Position numbers and translations under genes: made by a program. The notes under the pieces are model-generated. The model was not told where the DNA came from and searched no databases. It was given only the letters and a program-made list of their open reading frames with translations. From Coraliomargarita sp. (GTDB lineage: Bacteria; Verrucomicrobiota; Verrucomicrobiia; Opitutales; Coraliomargaritaceae), in NCBI GenBank assembly GCA_965216325.1, contig OZ244160.1, forward strand, positions 800,001 to 864,000: a stretch of DNA of 64,000 bases. Reading direction: 5' to 3'. Positions 1-11,171 of the stretch are shown in pieces; the stretch's first letter is position 1; the number at the start of each line of letters is the position of its first letter.

Positions 1-1
1 G

Positions 2-766
2 CCGATTGGTTTTCTACAATATGGTCGCCGTAATCAGATTGTGGATGTCGAGCAGTGCCCGATCGCGACGACTGCGATCAACGAAGCGCTGCCTGAGGCT
101 CGTGAAGAAGCTCGTGCCTCCGGCGGCAAAAAGCGTCGCCAGCGTGGTGGCACACTGTTGCTTCGTGACGTGCTTGAAGGCGTGATCACGAATCCGAAGG
201 AGATCGTTTCCGAGCGAGTGGGGGACATCACCTTCCAGTTCAAGGCGGGCGAGTTCTTCCAAAACAACCCGTTCATTTTGCCGCACATGGTGCATCACGT
301 GGAAAGCGAAGCGTCCTCTCTAGGAGCGCGCTATCTGGTCGATGCCTACTGTGGTTCGGGCTTATTCTCGCTCTCGACGGCGAAATCCTTCGAGCAGGTG
401 GCCGGGGTGGAAGTTAGCGCAGAAGCGGTCCTCTGGGCGCAGGCAAACTGCCGAATCAGTGGTATCAACAACGCGCGCTTCCTGATCGGCAAGGCCGAGG
501 CGATCTTCAATGGGCTGAAATTCCCGGCGGAAGAGACGGCGATGGTCATCGATCCACCGCGTAAGGGCTGCGATGAAAGCTTCCGCCAACAATTACTGAC
601 TTATCGTCCACAGCGCTTGGTCTATGTCTCCTGCGATCCAGCGACACAGGCACGTGATGTGAAGGAATTTGTTGAAGGGGGCTACACGATTACGCGAATT
701 CAGCCGTTTGATCTGTTCCCGCACACTCGTCACATCGAAAATGTGATCTCCTTGAGTTTGGCTTAA
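2..766 (+). CDS. RNA m5U methyltransferase (TrmA/RlmD family), 5'-truncated by the window edge
   Basis: FFQNN, DAYCGSG, IDPPRKG, YVSCDPATQARD and FDLFPHTRHIE motifs; the frame is open back to position 2. Confidence 0.9.
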   Translation, partial: PIGFLQYGRRNQIVDVEQCPIATTAINEALPEAREEARASGGKKRRQRGGTLLLRDVLEGVITNPKEIVSERVGDITFQFKAGEFFQNNPFILPHMVHHVESEASSLGARYLVDAYCGSGLFSLSTAKSFEQVAGVEVSAEAVLWAQANCRISGINNARFLIGKAEAIFNGLKFPAEETAMVIDPPRKGCDESFRQQLLTYRPQRLVYVSCDPATQARDVKEFVEGGYTITRIQPFDLFPHTRHIENVISLSLA

Positions 767-913
767 AGAGAGTCGCAGTGGCATCCTGCCGCTTTCAGTT
801 TGACCAGAGCGGAAGCGGCAAGATGGCGCTTCTACATTAAAATTAGGGGTTGACGAACGCGCGGATGAGCGCATTTTCACCCTCTTTTCATTCACACTGA
901 ACCAGAATTTTCC

Positions 914-1114
<201 letters not shown>

Positions 1115-1156
1115 GTTTATTAGTGCGGGTGCTCACAGCGCTTGCTCTGAACTGAG

Positions 1157-1191
1157 TCCCGGCCCCGCATTTCGCGCGCCGGGATTTTTTT
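1157..1191 (+). terminator. Intrinsic terminator after rpsU
   Basis: TCCCGGC/GCCGGGA stem followed by a T run. Confidence 0.7.
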
Positions 1192-1194
1192 GCC

Positions 1195-2151
1195 ATGTCG
1201 ATTCCCCTCATAGACCGTCTTTCACTGTCCACTTGCTGGTGCTCTGCCCGCCATACCGATGGCTATGCGATGGTGAAGGAAATGGCGGATTTGGGCTTCA
1301 AACAGATTGAGCTCAGTCATGGTATCCGGATTTCATTGGTTCCGGGCATCTTACAGGCCTTGGAAGAAGGACTGGTTAAAGTCTCTACAGTTCATAATTT
1401 CTGTCCTTTGCCTCGTAGCGTGCAGCACGCGGCGCCCAATTTGTATCAGCCCTCAGCGCCGGATGCCCGCGAGCGTATGCTGTGGAAGAATTATACGGAG
1501 CAGACGATGGACTTCGCTCTGAAAGTGAATGCTGAACTCATCGTCATGCACTCCGGTAGTGCTTGGTTTTTCTTTGGCTACCCGGAAGCGAAATTCGATA
1601 AGTGGTTGGAAGAATCGGATCTGCAGATTGCTGACTATTTAGGGGATAAGGCTTTTCTGAAGCAGCGAGACAAAGCGATGAAGCGGATTGGTCGTGCGGC
1701 CAAGAAACTCATGCCGCAAATCAAGCAGTCTTACGAGACGATCTTGCCGAAGGCAAAAGAGCAAGGAATTCGCTTTGGTCTGGAGAATCGCGAAGGCATG
1801 GAAGAGATGCCCTTGGACGATAAGTTTGCGGACTTCCTCGATGATCTCGGTGAGCCGGAGACCTTTAGCTATTGGCATGACACCGGACATGCGCAGATTA
1901 AGCATCAGCTCGGCTTGTTGGATCATCGCGAGCATTTGGAAGCAAATGCCGAGCGCCTAGCGGGCTTTCACCTGCACGATGTCTCTGAGAGTGGGCGTGA
2001 CCATCAAGTGCCAGGCACAGGCACGATCGATTTCAAAATGATTGCCGAATTTGTGCGCCCAGAGCATCTGCTCACCTTGGAATTGAGCCCCAAGCTGACG
2101 ACTCAAGAGGTACTGGCCTCGCGCGACTACATTTTGTCGGTGTTTGAATAG
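1195..2151 (+). CDS. Sugar phosphate isomerase/epimerase family TIM-barrel protein
   Basis: GLENR, WHDTGH, FHLHD and DHQVPGTGTIDF metal-binding motifs. Confidence 0.8.
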   Translation: MSIPLIDRLSLSTCWCSARHTDGYAMVKEMADLGFKQIELSHGIRISLVPGILQALEEGLVKVSTVHNFCPLPRSVQHAAPNLYQPSAPDARERMLWKNYTEQTMDFALKVNAELIVMHSGSAWFFFGYPEAKFDKWLEESDLQIADYLGDKAFLKQRDKAMKRIGRAAKKLMPQIKQSYETILPKAKEQGIRFGLENREGMEEMPLDDKFADFLDDLGEPETFSYWHDTGHAQIKHQLGLLDHREHLEANAERLAGFHLHDVSESGRDHQVPGTGTIDFKMIAEFVRPEHLLTLELSPKLTTQEVLASRDYILSVFE

Positions 2152-2168
2152 GGTGCCGGGGTTCCGCC

Positions 2169-2513
2169 TTACCCGAAGGTTTTTCGGTTCCAGCCCCAGT
2201 CTTTGGGGGTGATATCCAGGACGTTGATAAAAATGCGTTCAGGGTGAATCTCTACGGTCGATTCGATGGCTTCGCAGAGTTTGGGCGAGAGTTGTTCGCA
2301 GGCATCTTTAGGGAGACGTAATCCACGGACTTCAACAAAGGCTGTGGGGATGGTGCTTTCGCCGAGGGTCATCTCGGCTTCAGTCCAAGCTGTCATTAAA
2401 TACTGTGTCGACTTGCCAAGTGTTTCGGCGAGCACCTTGGAGCAGGCAGCGAGGCATCGTTGTTTCTCTTCGGGGCTTACGTCAGCATTCGAAGTAATCT
2501 TTAAATAGGGCAT
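2169..2513 (-). CDS. MIF/phenylpyruvate tautomerase family protein
   Basis: Pro after the initiator Met (MPYLKITSN), ERIFIN, C-terminal WGWNRKTF; 114 aa. Confidence 0.85.
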   Translation of the reverse strand: MPYLKITSNADVSPEEKQRCLAACSKVLAETLGKSTQYLMTAWTEAEMTLGESTIPTAFVEVRGLRLPKDACEQLSPKLCEAIESTVEIHPERIFINVLDITPKDWGWNRKTFG

Positions 2514-2558
2514 CTTTAGTGACTTGTGATTAGACTGGCCTCTGGCTCTGACTCAGTC

Positions 2559-3500
2559 CTAAGCGTGCGTCAGGTTCTTGAGGAAGCGTTCGCTGCGCGG
2601 TGTGTTTGAGTCGGCCACCCACGCGGTGAGAACAGCTCCCTGTAGGGCCGAGAGTTGCAAGTCCTGTATTTGAACTCCGGATACGTCTTCACTGATGGCT
2701 GCAACCAATTTTTGTTTGAAGAGTGCATTGCCGCTGATGAGGCCACCGCTGAGCGCCAGTGGCAGTTCGTCGAGATCGCTTTTCGCTTTAACAGCTTTGA
2801 CGAGTTCCACGAGTTCGCTGATGGCATTACGCATAATTTTTCTAGATGGGGCATCCCCATCTTCAGCGAGCATGAAAATTTCTGGGCTTAAAGCTGCGAT
2901 TTGGCGAGTGCTGCAGTTCCCTGGGTCAAATGTCGTGATGTCCTGGACAGCTAATGCATGCTCAATTGCTTGGCGCAAGGGTGCCTCGCGGTCCTGGGTT
3001 TTAGCCGCTAGTATCGCTTGTTTTCCAATCCATCCACCGCTCCCTTCATCACCAATTTTAGCGCCCAGGCCTCCGGCACGGTGATGGTTACAAGCATTGT
3101 CTACCGACATACATATGGACCCTGTTCCCGCGATTAGAATACAACCGGGCTTCCCCAGGAAGGCACCGCTGAGCGCAGCTTCAACATCGGTGGTTAAGAT
3201 CGGCTTCAGGGAGAACTTGAACGGGAGGCTTCCTAAAATGCCTTGTAGAATGTCCTGACGCTCTGGTGCTGCGCTGCCAGCGAGGGAGAAGCAGGCTGCT
3301 TGAATCTCGTAGCTTTCGTCTTCGACGCCGAGCAAGGCTTTTCGACAGGCGCTCTTTAAATTCTGCGCGACGATTTCTTCGGAGCTAGTGGTTAGATTGC
3401 TGGGGCCGGAAATAGCCGAGCCAATATATTCGCCGTCGTCATTTACGACTAAGCAACGGGTTTTAGTGCCACCCCCATCTATTCCGAGATACAACTGCAT
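2559..3500 (-). CDS. BadF/BadG/BcrA/BcrD ATPase family, N-acetylglucosamine kinase-like
   Basis: LGIDGGGTKT, IAGTGS and GDEGSG motifs. Confidence 0.85.
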   Translation of the reverse strand: MQLYLGIDGGGTKTRCLVVNDDGEYIGSAISGPSNLTTSSEEIVAQNLKSACRKALLGVEDESYEIQAACFSLAGSAAPERQDILQGILGSLPFKFSLKPILTTDVEAALSGAFLGKPGCILIAGTGSICMSVDNACNHHRAGGLGAKIGDEGSGGWIGKQAILAAKTQDREAPLRQAIEHALAVQDITTFDPGNCSTRQIAALSPEIFMLAEDGDAPSRKIMRNAISELVELVKAVKAKSDLDELPLALSGGLISGNALFKQKLVAAISEDVSGVQIQDLQLSALQGAVLTAWVADSNTPRSERFLKNLTHA

Positions 3501-3528
3501 GATTTAGGAAATGCAGGACTTTGGAGCG

Positions 3529-4567
3529 TTTGTCGATGCCTTAGCTTGGGGATTCGATCGCCCCCTCTGATCTAGCCAACGGATGGCTTGATGATGGTTC
3601 ATTGTTACCTTCCAGGAAGATCGGGGTGGTATTCTCTTCGTAGCGTGCCGCTTCAGCAAACGCTCTTCTTCGGTAAGCTTAGGGCATGATTTTCTTACTC
3701 TGGAGGAGCGTTTGCTGAAGCGGCACGCTACGCTATCACAACGGTATGCGCCTGTTTTCAATGCAATATCGTGTGCTGCTGAATTGGATTTTCAAGCAGA
3801 GTGCGTCCACAAGTGGAGCACCTACAGGAGGCCAATCACAATGCTCTAGGCGCCAATTGCTTGAATCAATAGCTTTGTCGATGCCTTAGCTTGGGGATTC
3901 GATCGCCCCCACTGATCTAGCCAACAGATGGCTTGATGATGGTTCATTGTTACCTTCCAGGAAGATCGGGGTGGTATTCTCATCGTAGCGTGCCGCTTCA
4001 GCAAACGCTCTTCTTCGGTAAGCTTAGGGCATGATTTTCTTACTCTGGAGGAGCGTTTGCTGAAGCGGCACGCTACGCTATCACAACGGTATGCGCCTGT
4101 TTTCAATGCAATATCGTGTGCTGCTGAATTGGATTTTGAAGCAGAGTGCGTCCACAAGTGGAGCACCTACGGGAGGCCAATCACAATGCTCTAGGCGCTA
4201 ATTGCTTGAATCAATAGCTTTGTCGATGCCTTAGCTTGGGGATTCGACCGCCCCCTCTGATCTAGCCAACGGATGGCTTGTTGATGGTTCATTGTTACCT
4301 TCCAGGAAGATCGGGGTGGTATTCTCTTCGTAGCGTGCCGCTTCAGCAAACGCTCTTCTTCGGTAAGCTTAGGGCATGATTTTCTTACTCTGGAGGAGCG
4401 TTTGCTGAAGCGGCACGCTACGCTATCACAACGGTATGCGCCTGTTTTCAATGCAATATCGTGTGCTGCTGAATTGGATTTTGAAGCAGAGTGCGTCCAC
4501 AAGTGGAGCACCTACAGGAGGCCAATCACGATGCCCTAAGCGCCAATTGCTTGAATCAATAGCTTTG
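3529..4567. repeat. Three tandem copies of a 345-bp unit containing a 27-bp perfect inverted repeat
   Basis: Units start at 3529, 3874 and 4219 with a few substitutions; IR CGTAGCGTGCCGCTTCAGCAAACGCTC at 3639-3665 pairs with 3706-3732. Confidence 0.97.
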
Positions 4568-6149
4568 CCAGCACAATCATGACGATCAGAGCCACCGGAT
4601 AAGCGGATACATAGCTGACAACCGGTACTTGAGAGTCGGTTTTTGCAGTGATTGCCCCCAGGGCTGGGGTCGATGTCATACTGCCGCAGACGCCACCGAG
4701 TGCCTGTAGTGGGTCCAAGCCGAATAGTTTACGTGCAAGCGGCCAGGCAATTATCAATGGCACTACGGTGACTGCCAGACCCAGTCCGAAGAGTGCGAGA
4801 CCGTACTGGTGCACCGTATCCACGAGCGAGACGCCACCCTTGATGCCAGCATTCGCGAGGAAAAAGACCAGTCCAAGCTCTTGTAGCAGGAGACGTGTCG
4901 GGCGTGGAATGTGACCGACAATGCGTCCGACGCGTCCGAAGTGACCAAGGATCAGAGCCACAAAGAGTGGGCCACCCGCAAGGCCGAGTGTAATCGCAGG
5001 GCTATTCGGCAACCCAATGGGCATAATACCGGCGATAATGCCGAGCGTGATGCCTGCAGACAGGGATAGCAGGTCCGTTGCATCGATTGCACTGCTGCGG
5101 TGACCGGTGGCTTTGGCGAATTTCTTGAGGTCCTCACGACGACCGACAGAGGTCAGCGTATCGTTCTGCTCAATGACGGTGGATGCATTGGGCACAAACG
5201 TGAGGCCGAGGCGTGTGATACGTGTAATGACTACGCCATACTCCTTTAGGGGGGCGAGCTCACGGAGGTTTTTCCCGCAGATCTTGCGGTTGGTCACCAG
5301 TAGCTGTTGGCGCTCATTTTCCACGTCTTTGAGTAAGTGGCGTGAACTACGATGTCCGATATAGTCGACCGCAATCTCGATCTCTTTACTGCGTCCCACG
5401 AGCAGGAGCAGTTGTCCTTCGGTATAACTGTCGTCATAGCTCAGCGGCACGAGCTGACCCTCTTTGAAAATACGCGAGACTTGGCAGGCGTTTAAATTCG
5501 TGATGCCCGAGTCGGCGATTTTCTTACCGAACAGGTTTTGGTTGGTTACTTCCACCAGCACATTTTCGACACGGTCTTCCGCGGTATCCGCTTTCTCGTG
5601 TTGGGCCGCAATTGCCTCGAGGTCGTGCTTGAGAATGCGTGGCATTAACTGCACGAAGAGCACGACGCCAATCACGCCAAAGGGGTAGGCGATACCATAG
5701 CCAATACTGACGCCACTCGACCCGCTGGCGACGCCCTCAGTCGCAGCAGCCAAGGCTGGAGTGCTGGTCAAGGCTCCGGCAAAGATACCGGCTGCCAGAT
5801 CGGAAGGGAGGTTGAGCGATTTGGCTCCAATCCAGGTAATCAAGCCGCCACTGCCCACGATAATGAGTGCGAGTTTGGCAAGATTCGCTCCTTCACGTGC
5901 GACGGATGCAAAGAAGCGGCCGCCTGCACCGATACCAACACAATAGACAAACAGTACGAGTCCAAGCGTCCCCACACCTCCGGGGATCGTGTAACCGAGG
6001 TGACCCGCCAGTAAGGCAGAGAACAACACACCAGAGCTGCCGAGGTTGATGCCTTTGATGGTGATGCTGCCGAATAACAGTCCGGTTGCAATGACCGCGA
6101 ATAGGGTGATCATCGGTTGATCCAGTAGGAGAGTGTGAATGGCTTCCAT
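4536..6149 (-). CDS. AspT/YidE/YbjL family transporter with TrkA-C domains
   Basis: Duplicated GALTSTPAL/GSMTSTPAL and YGIAYP/YVSAYP motifs; central soluble region. Confidence 0.9.
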   Translation of the reverse strand: MEAIHTLLLDQPMITLFAVIATGLLFGSITIKGINLGSSGVLFSALLAGHLGYTIPGGVGTLGLVLFVYCVGIGAGGRFFASVAREGANLAKLALIIVGSGGLITWIGAKSLNLPSDLAAGIFAGALTSTPALAAATEGVASGSSGVSIGYGIAYPFGVIGVVLFVQLMPRILKHDLEAIAAQHEKADTAEDRVENVLVEVTNQNLFGKKIADSGITNLNACQVSRIFKEGQLVPLSYDDSYTEGQLLLLVGRSKEIEIAVDYIGHRSSRHLLKDVENERQQLLVTNRKICGKNLRELAPLKEYGVVITRITRLGLTFVPNASTVIEQNDTLTSVGRREDLKKFAKATGHRSSAIDATDLLSLSAGITLGIIAGIMPIGLPNSPAITLGLAGGPLFVALILGHFGRVGRIVGHIPRPTRLLLQELGLVFFLANAGIKGGVSLVDTVHQYGLALFGLGLAVTVVPLIIAWPLARKLFGLDPLQALGGVCGSMTSTPALGAITAKTDSQVPVVSYVSAYPVALIVMIVLAKLLIQAIGA

Positions 6150-6233
6150 TTTTGAATTAGTAATGCTTATCCTGGGTTAATTTAAGATAAGATTGTTTTA
6201 TTTCAAGCCTTGTTTCTTAAAACGAGCGAGATG

Positions 6234-6806
6234 CTACTGAGCGAGTTGCCAATAGCAGGCGCGAAACACTTCCCGCACGTTGCCACCGCTTTGCTGAAAT
6301 GCAAGTTTGGCCTGCTCAATTAGTTCGGGGCTACAGTGATCATGGGAGAGTTGTCGCACCAATGTTTCAGTCAGTGGCCAGTCGGGGCTGGTGTGGTGTA
6401 GAATGGCTAATCGGCGCTTGCGGTGCAGTGTCGCGATTAGGGCTAAGTGTTTCCGGCGGGTGATGCGGCGTAGCTGGAATTGCTGCCAGCAGTTGAGCAC
6501 TTCAGCACCGTCGAATAGGCAAACTGTGCCGGAGGACAGGCTACGGAGTCGATGGATTGCTGCGTTACGTTCGTGGTGGGATGAGTCCCGATTCAAGCGC
6601 AGCCAGTGTGTCGGTCGATCACGTGCCGTTAAGAGTGGCTCGAGATCTTCCAAGAGTGTGGTTTTGCCCGTTCCGTGTGGTCCGAGGATGCAGGACCAGC
6701 GTAACTGTAACGCAGATACTGCCAACTGCTGCAGCTCAGGTCCCTCAAGCGAGTAGCGTATGCGCTCAACGTTTGAGGAACGAAAAGGATTTTCGTTTGC
6801 TTTCAT
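6234..6806 (-). CDS. Small P-loop ATPase, function unknown
   Basis: Walker A GPHGTGKTT, Walker B-like CLFDGAE, C-terminal GGNVRE. Confidence 0.7.
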   Translation of the reverse strand: MKANENPFRSSNVERIRYSLEGPELQQLAVSALQLRWSCILGPHGTGKTTLLEDLEPLLTARDRPTHWLRLNRDSSHHERNAAIHRLRSLSSGTVCLFDGAEVLNCWQQFQLRRITRRKHLALIATLHRKRRLAILHHTSPDWPLTETLVRQLSHDHCSPELIEQAKLAFQQSGGNVREVFRACYWQLAQ

Positions 6807-7173
6807 CGGCGACTTGATGGAGGTCCACTGCTTGACCGTGCGGGCTCACAGTGATCGGCAGGCGATACTCGGCCTTGCTTTTTTTGACGTGCAATTCGAG
6901 GGCCCAATTGACCGAGATCAGTGTGCCGGCAAAGGAGTAAGGACTTGGCGGCAGCGTGAACTCAAAGGCTTCTTCCCCGCTGGTTTGTTCGGTTCTCCAA
7001 GTTTGTTCAGCCTCGACCTTGCGGTCCTGAGTGCCTCTGCCTTCGGTGATCCAGCCGAGTGAAAGCGTGAGCTCTTTGGGTGCCTTATCCAGAGCCCATA
7101 GTATCTTACCGGACAGCGTTTGCCCGGGCTCGACCTGTGTTTGTGGTATATCGATAAATAGGTTGGCTTCCAT
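6766..7173 (-). CDS. Hypothetical beta-sandwich protein (arrestin-N/SpoOM-like)
   Basis: Start ATG at 7173 overlaps the upstream stop (TAATG); FEFTLPPSPYSFAG..VNWALE motif. Confidence 0.65.
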   Translation of the reverse strand: MEANLFIDIPQTQVEPGQTLSGKILWALDKAPKELTLSLGWITEGRGTQDRKVEAEQTWRTEQTSGEEAFEFTLPPSPYSFAGTLISVNWALELHVKKSKAEYRLPITVSPHGQAVDLHQVADESKRKSFSFLKR

Positions 7174-8372
7174 TATCTGTGGGAGTCGAGGTGATTGCTG
7201 AGTGGGCGAACGGTAATGGGGTACTGGTCTTTGATATCTGGGTAGCGGGGGATTTCGCCTTCGACCTCTAGCTGCCATTCGATTTGGTTATTACCGCTGT
7301 CAAAGCTGTGCATGCTATCGATTGGAAGGCTGAGCTTGAGGATGCCGCGCTGCTGGCTTGCCGGTTGATCGAGCTCGAGGAGGACCTCTTGATGAAATAT
7401 GGAACGATCAGTGACTGAGTCCGTGCCACGGCGATAAGTAGCCGCTTCCTGCCCGGTTATTTGTATCGTCAATGTTCGCAGGCGGTGCAGTGGCTTATTG
7501 GCGTTCCACTCCAGTTGCACGGGTTCGCCGAGTCGCGGGCTGGCTTCGCTCAGGGTGAGCTCAAGCTTCGGGTTGGCGAGGGCTAGCAGGCTATGGAAAA
7601 TTGCAAAAATCAGGCCGATGCCGATCAGCACAAAGGGAATGATGAAGACGGTCAGAAACCATTCCGGATTGCCGCTCAGGTGGCTTTGAACGGCTATCGT
7701 GACGAAGACACCCGTGATGCCATTCCAAAAGATAGCGGCGAAGGTGGTGCCAATTACTTTGCCGATGCCTGAACTGCTGGGCTTTAATACTTGGGTGCCA
7801 CTTGACTGGGTGCTTACCGGTTGGTGTTGATTGCCAACGCCCAGCTTCCAGCGTTTGGGCAGCAGGCCGATGGCTCCAAGGAGCGCGCCCATGCCGATGA
7901 GCATAAAAATCGAGGTGAAGGGAATGATGATAAAAACGATACGGGGGATATCTCTGCTGATCACCGCGCTTCGCGGGTTGTCGGGATCCACCCAACAAAT
8001 CTGCTGTGAACCTTTGGGGTATTGCGATACTACCTTCGCTTTTCCGCTGCGACCACTTGAGCTGCTATCATCAAAGTTGTAAGTGTTACTGACGTATGCT
8101 TGGCCGTTTACTTCGTAACTGAAGCTGATCTCAATACTGTAAGTGTCGCCGTCGCTACTATCATGTGTTTTAACAGCGCTGGACAGGATCTCGCACTTCG
8201 TTTCCACCCAGTCTTTGCTCCCTAAGGACTTCAGGAGTGGATTCAGCCCCATCATCCAGCAGAAGAGGGCACCCATGCCAAAAAACATGCAACCAAAGAT
8301 CAGTAAGCCGATCCGACCCGAAACTTGTTTGGAGCCGCCGCCGGGACGTATGGATTTGTTGTCTCTAGCCAT
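7173..8372 (-). CDS. DUF3592-like membrane protein with a C-terminal beta-sandwich domain
   Basis: TM helix, W..TKCEIL, FSYEVNGQAY, CWVDPDNP, then further TM helices. Confidence 0.75.
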   Translation of the reverse strand: MARDNKSIRPGGGSKQVSGRIGLLIFGCMFFGMGALFCWMMGLNPLLKSLGSKDWVETKCEILSSAVKTHDSSDGDTYSIEISFSYEVNGQAYVSNTYNFDDSSSSGRSGKAKVVSQYPKGSQQICWVDPDNPRSAVISRDIPRIVFIIIPFTSIFMLIGMGALLGAIGLLPKRWKLGVGNQHQPVSTQSSGTQVLKPSSSGIGKVIGTTFAAIFWNGITGVFVTIAVQSHLSGNPEWFLTVFIIPFVLIGIGLIFAIFHSLLALANPKLELTLSEASPRLGEPVQLEWNANKPLHRLRTLTIQITGQEAATYRRGTDSVTDRSIFHQEVLLELDQPASQQRGILKLSLPIDSMHSFDSGNNQIEWQLEVEGEIPRYPDIKDQYPITVRPLSNHLDSHR

Positions 8373-8758
8373 GAGTAAAGTGGAATGATTGTTGAACCGT
8401 TAATTTACGTTAATTTACGTTAATTTTTAGGAGAGTATCTAGTTAAATTCTCGTTTGCGTATTTCACTTGGTAGCGCAGCACCGTCCTCGGTGCGCACCA
8501 CGTTTTGTCAGCCGTATTGTGTGACTTCGATGCGGCGCCCGTCGCGTCAGAGTCGTCGTTCCAGACTGCGGGCTTCGCAAGCAAAGCCCCTACGGCGAAG
8601 CACAGTTTGGTTCTGATTTTCTCCTTATTCGAGTGCCATCATGGCATGCCTGTAATGGAAAAGGATTCGACCATTTGGTGTGAGTTACTCTTCGGCCTCT
8701 TGAATTACGTGCCATATGTATGCGCATGATTCACGTAAATTAACGTTCATGAACGGTC

Positions 8759-10759
<2,001 letters not shown>

Positions 10760-10946
10760 TCAAAAGCGTTCTATTCGAGAGATCAATATTGAACCCAAAC
10801 GATGCAAATGCGTTTCCGGAATCGATATCATACCGGTTTCTATTGTGTTTGAACCTCTAGTCAGGTCATTGCGGCCTGTCTTTCGGATGCATTAATAACG
10901 GATTTGGAAAGCTTCGGCAGTGTTGACTCGAGCCCGCGTTTGAGGA

Positions 10947-11013
10947 GGACAGGAATGTCCTGCCTCCTGTATCAAGCGCTTCGTTTAAAGGAGGACGGAC
11001 ATTCTTGTCCGTC
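10947..11013. repeat. REP-like palindrome pair (GGACAGGAATGTCC type)
   Basis: GGACAGGAATGTCC followed by the inverted GGACATTCTTGTCC. Confidence 0.55.
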
Positions 11014-11171
11014 TTTCAGTTCATACTGTATTGAAGGTGGTATCAGCGGTGATCTAATGTTGTTTAGAAGATCGTTTGGCCGCTTAGCGAGGGACATTTG
11101 GCCGCAAACGTCCCTGCCGTCTGCACGATATCGGATAGCTGAAAGTGGGGGAGTATTTATTCTATCAGAAC

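Noticed and set aside
3504..4511. Three similar 85-106 aa ORFs in the tandem repeat
   Set aside because: They read through palindromic repeat DNA, one copy has a stop that shortens the frame, and there are no protein motifs; likely spurious
3529..4567. Possible CRISPR array
   Set aside because: Whole 345-bp units are repeated with no unique spacers, and there are no cas genes
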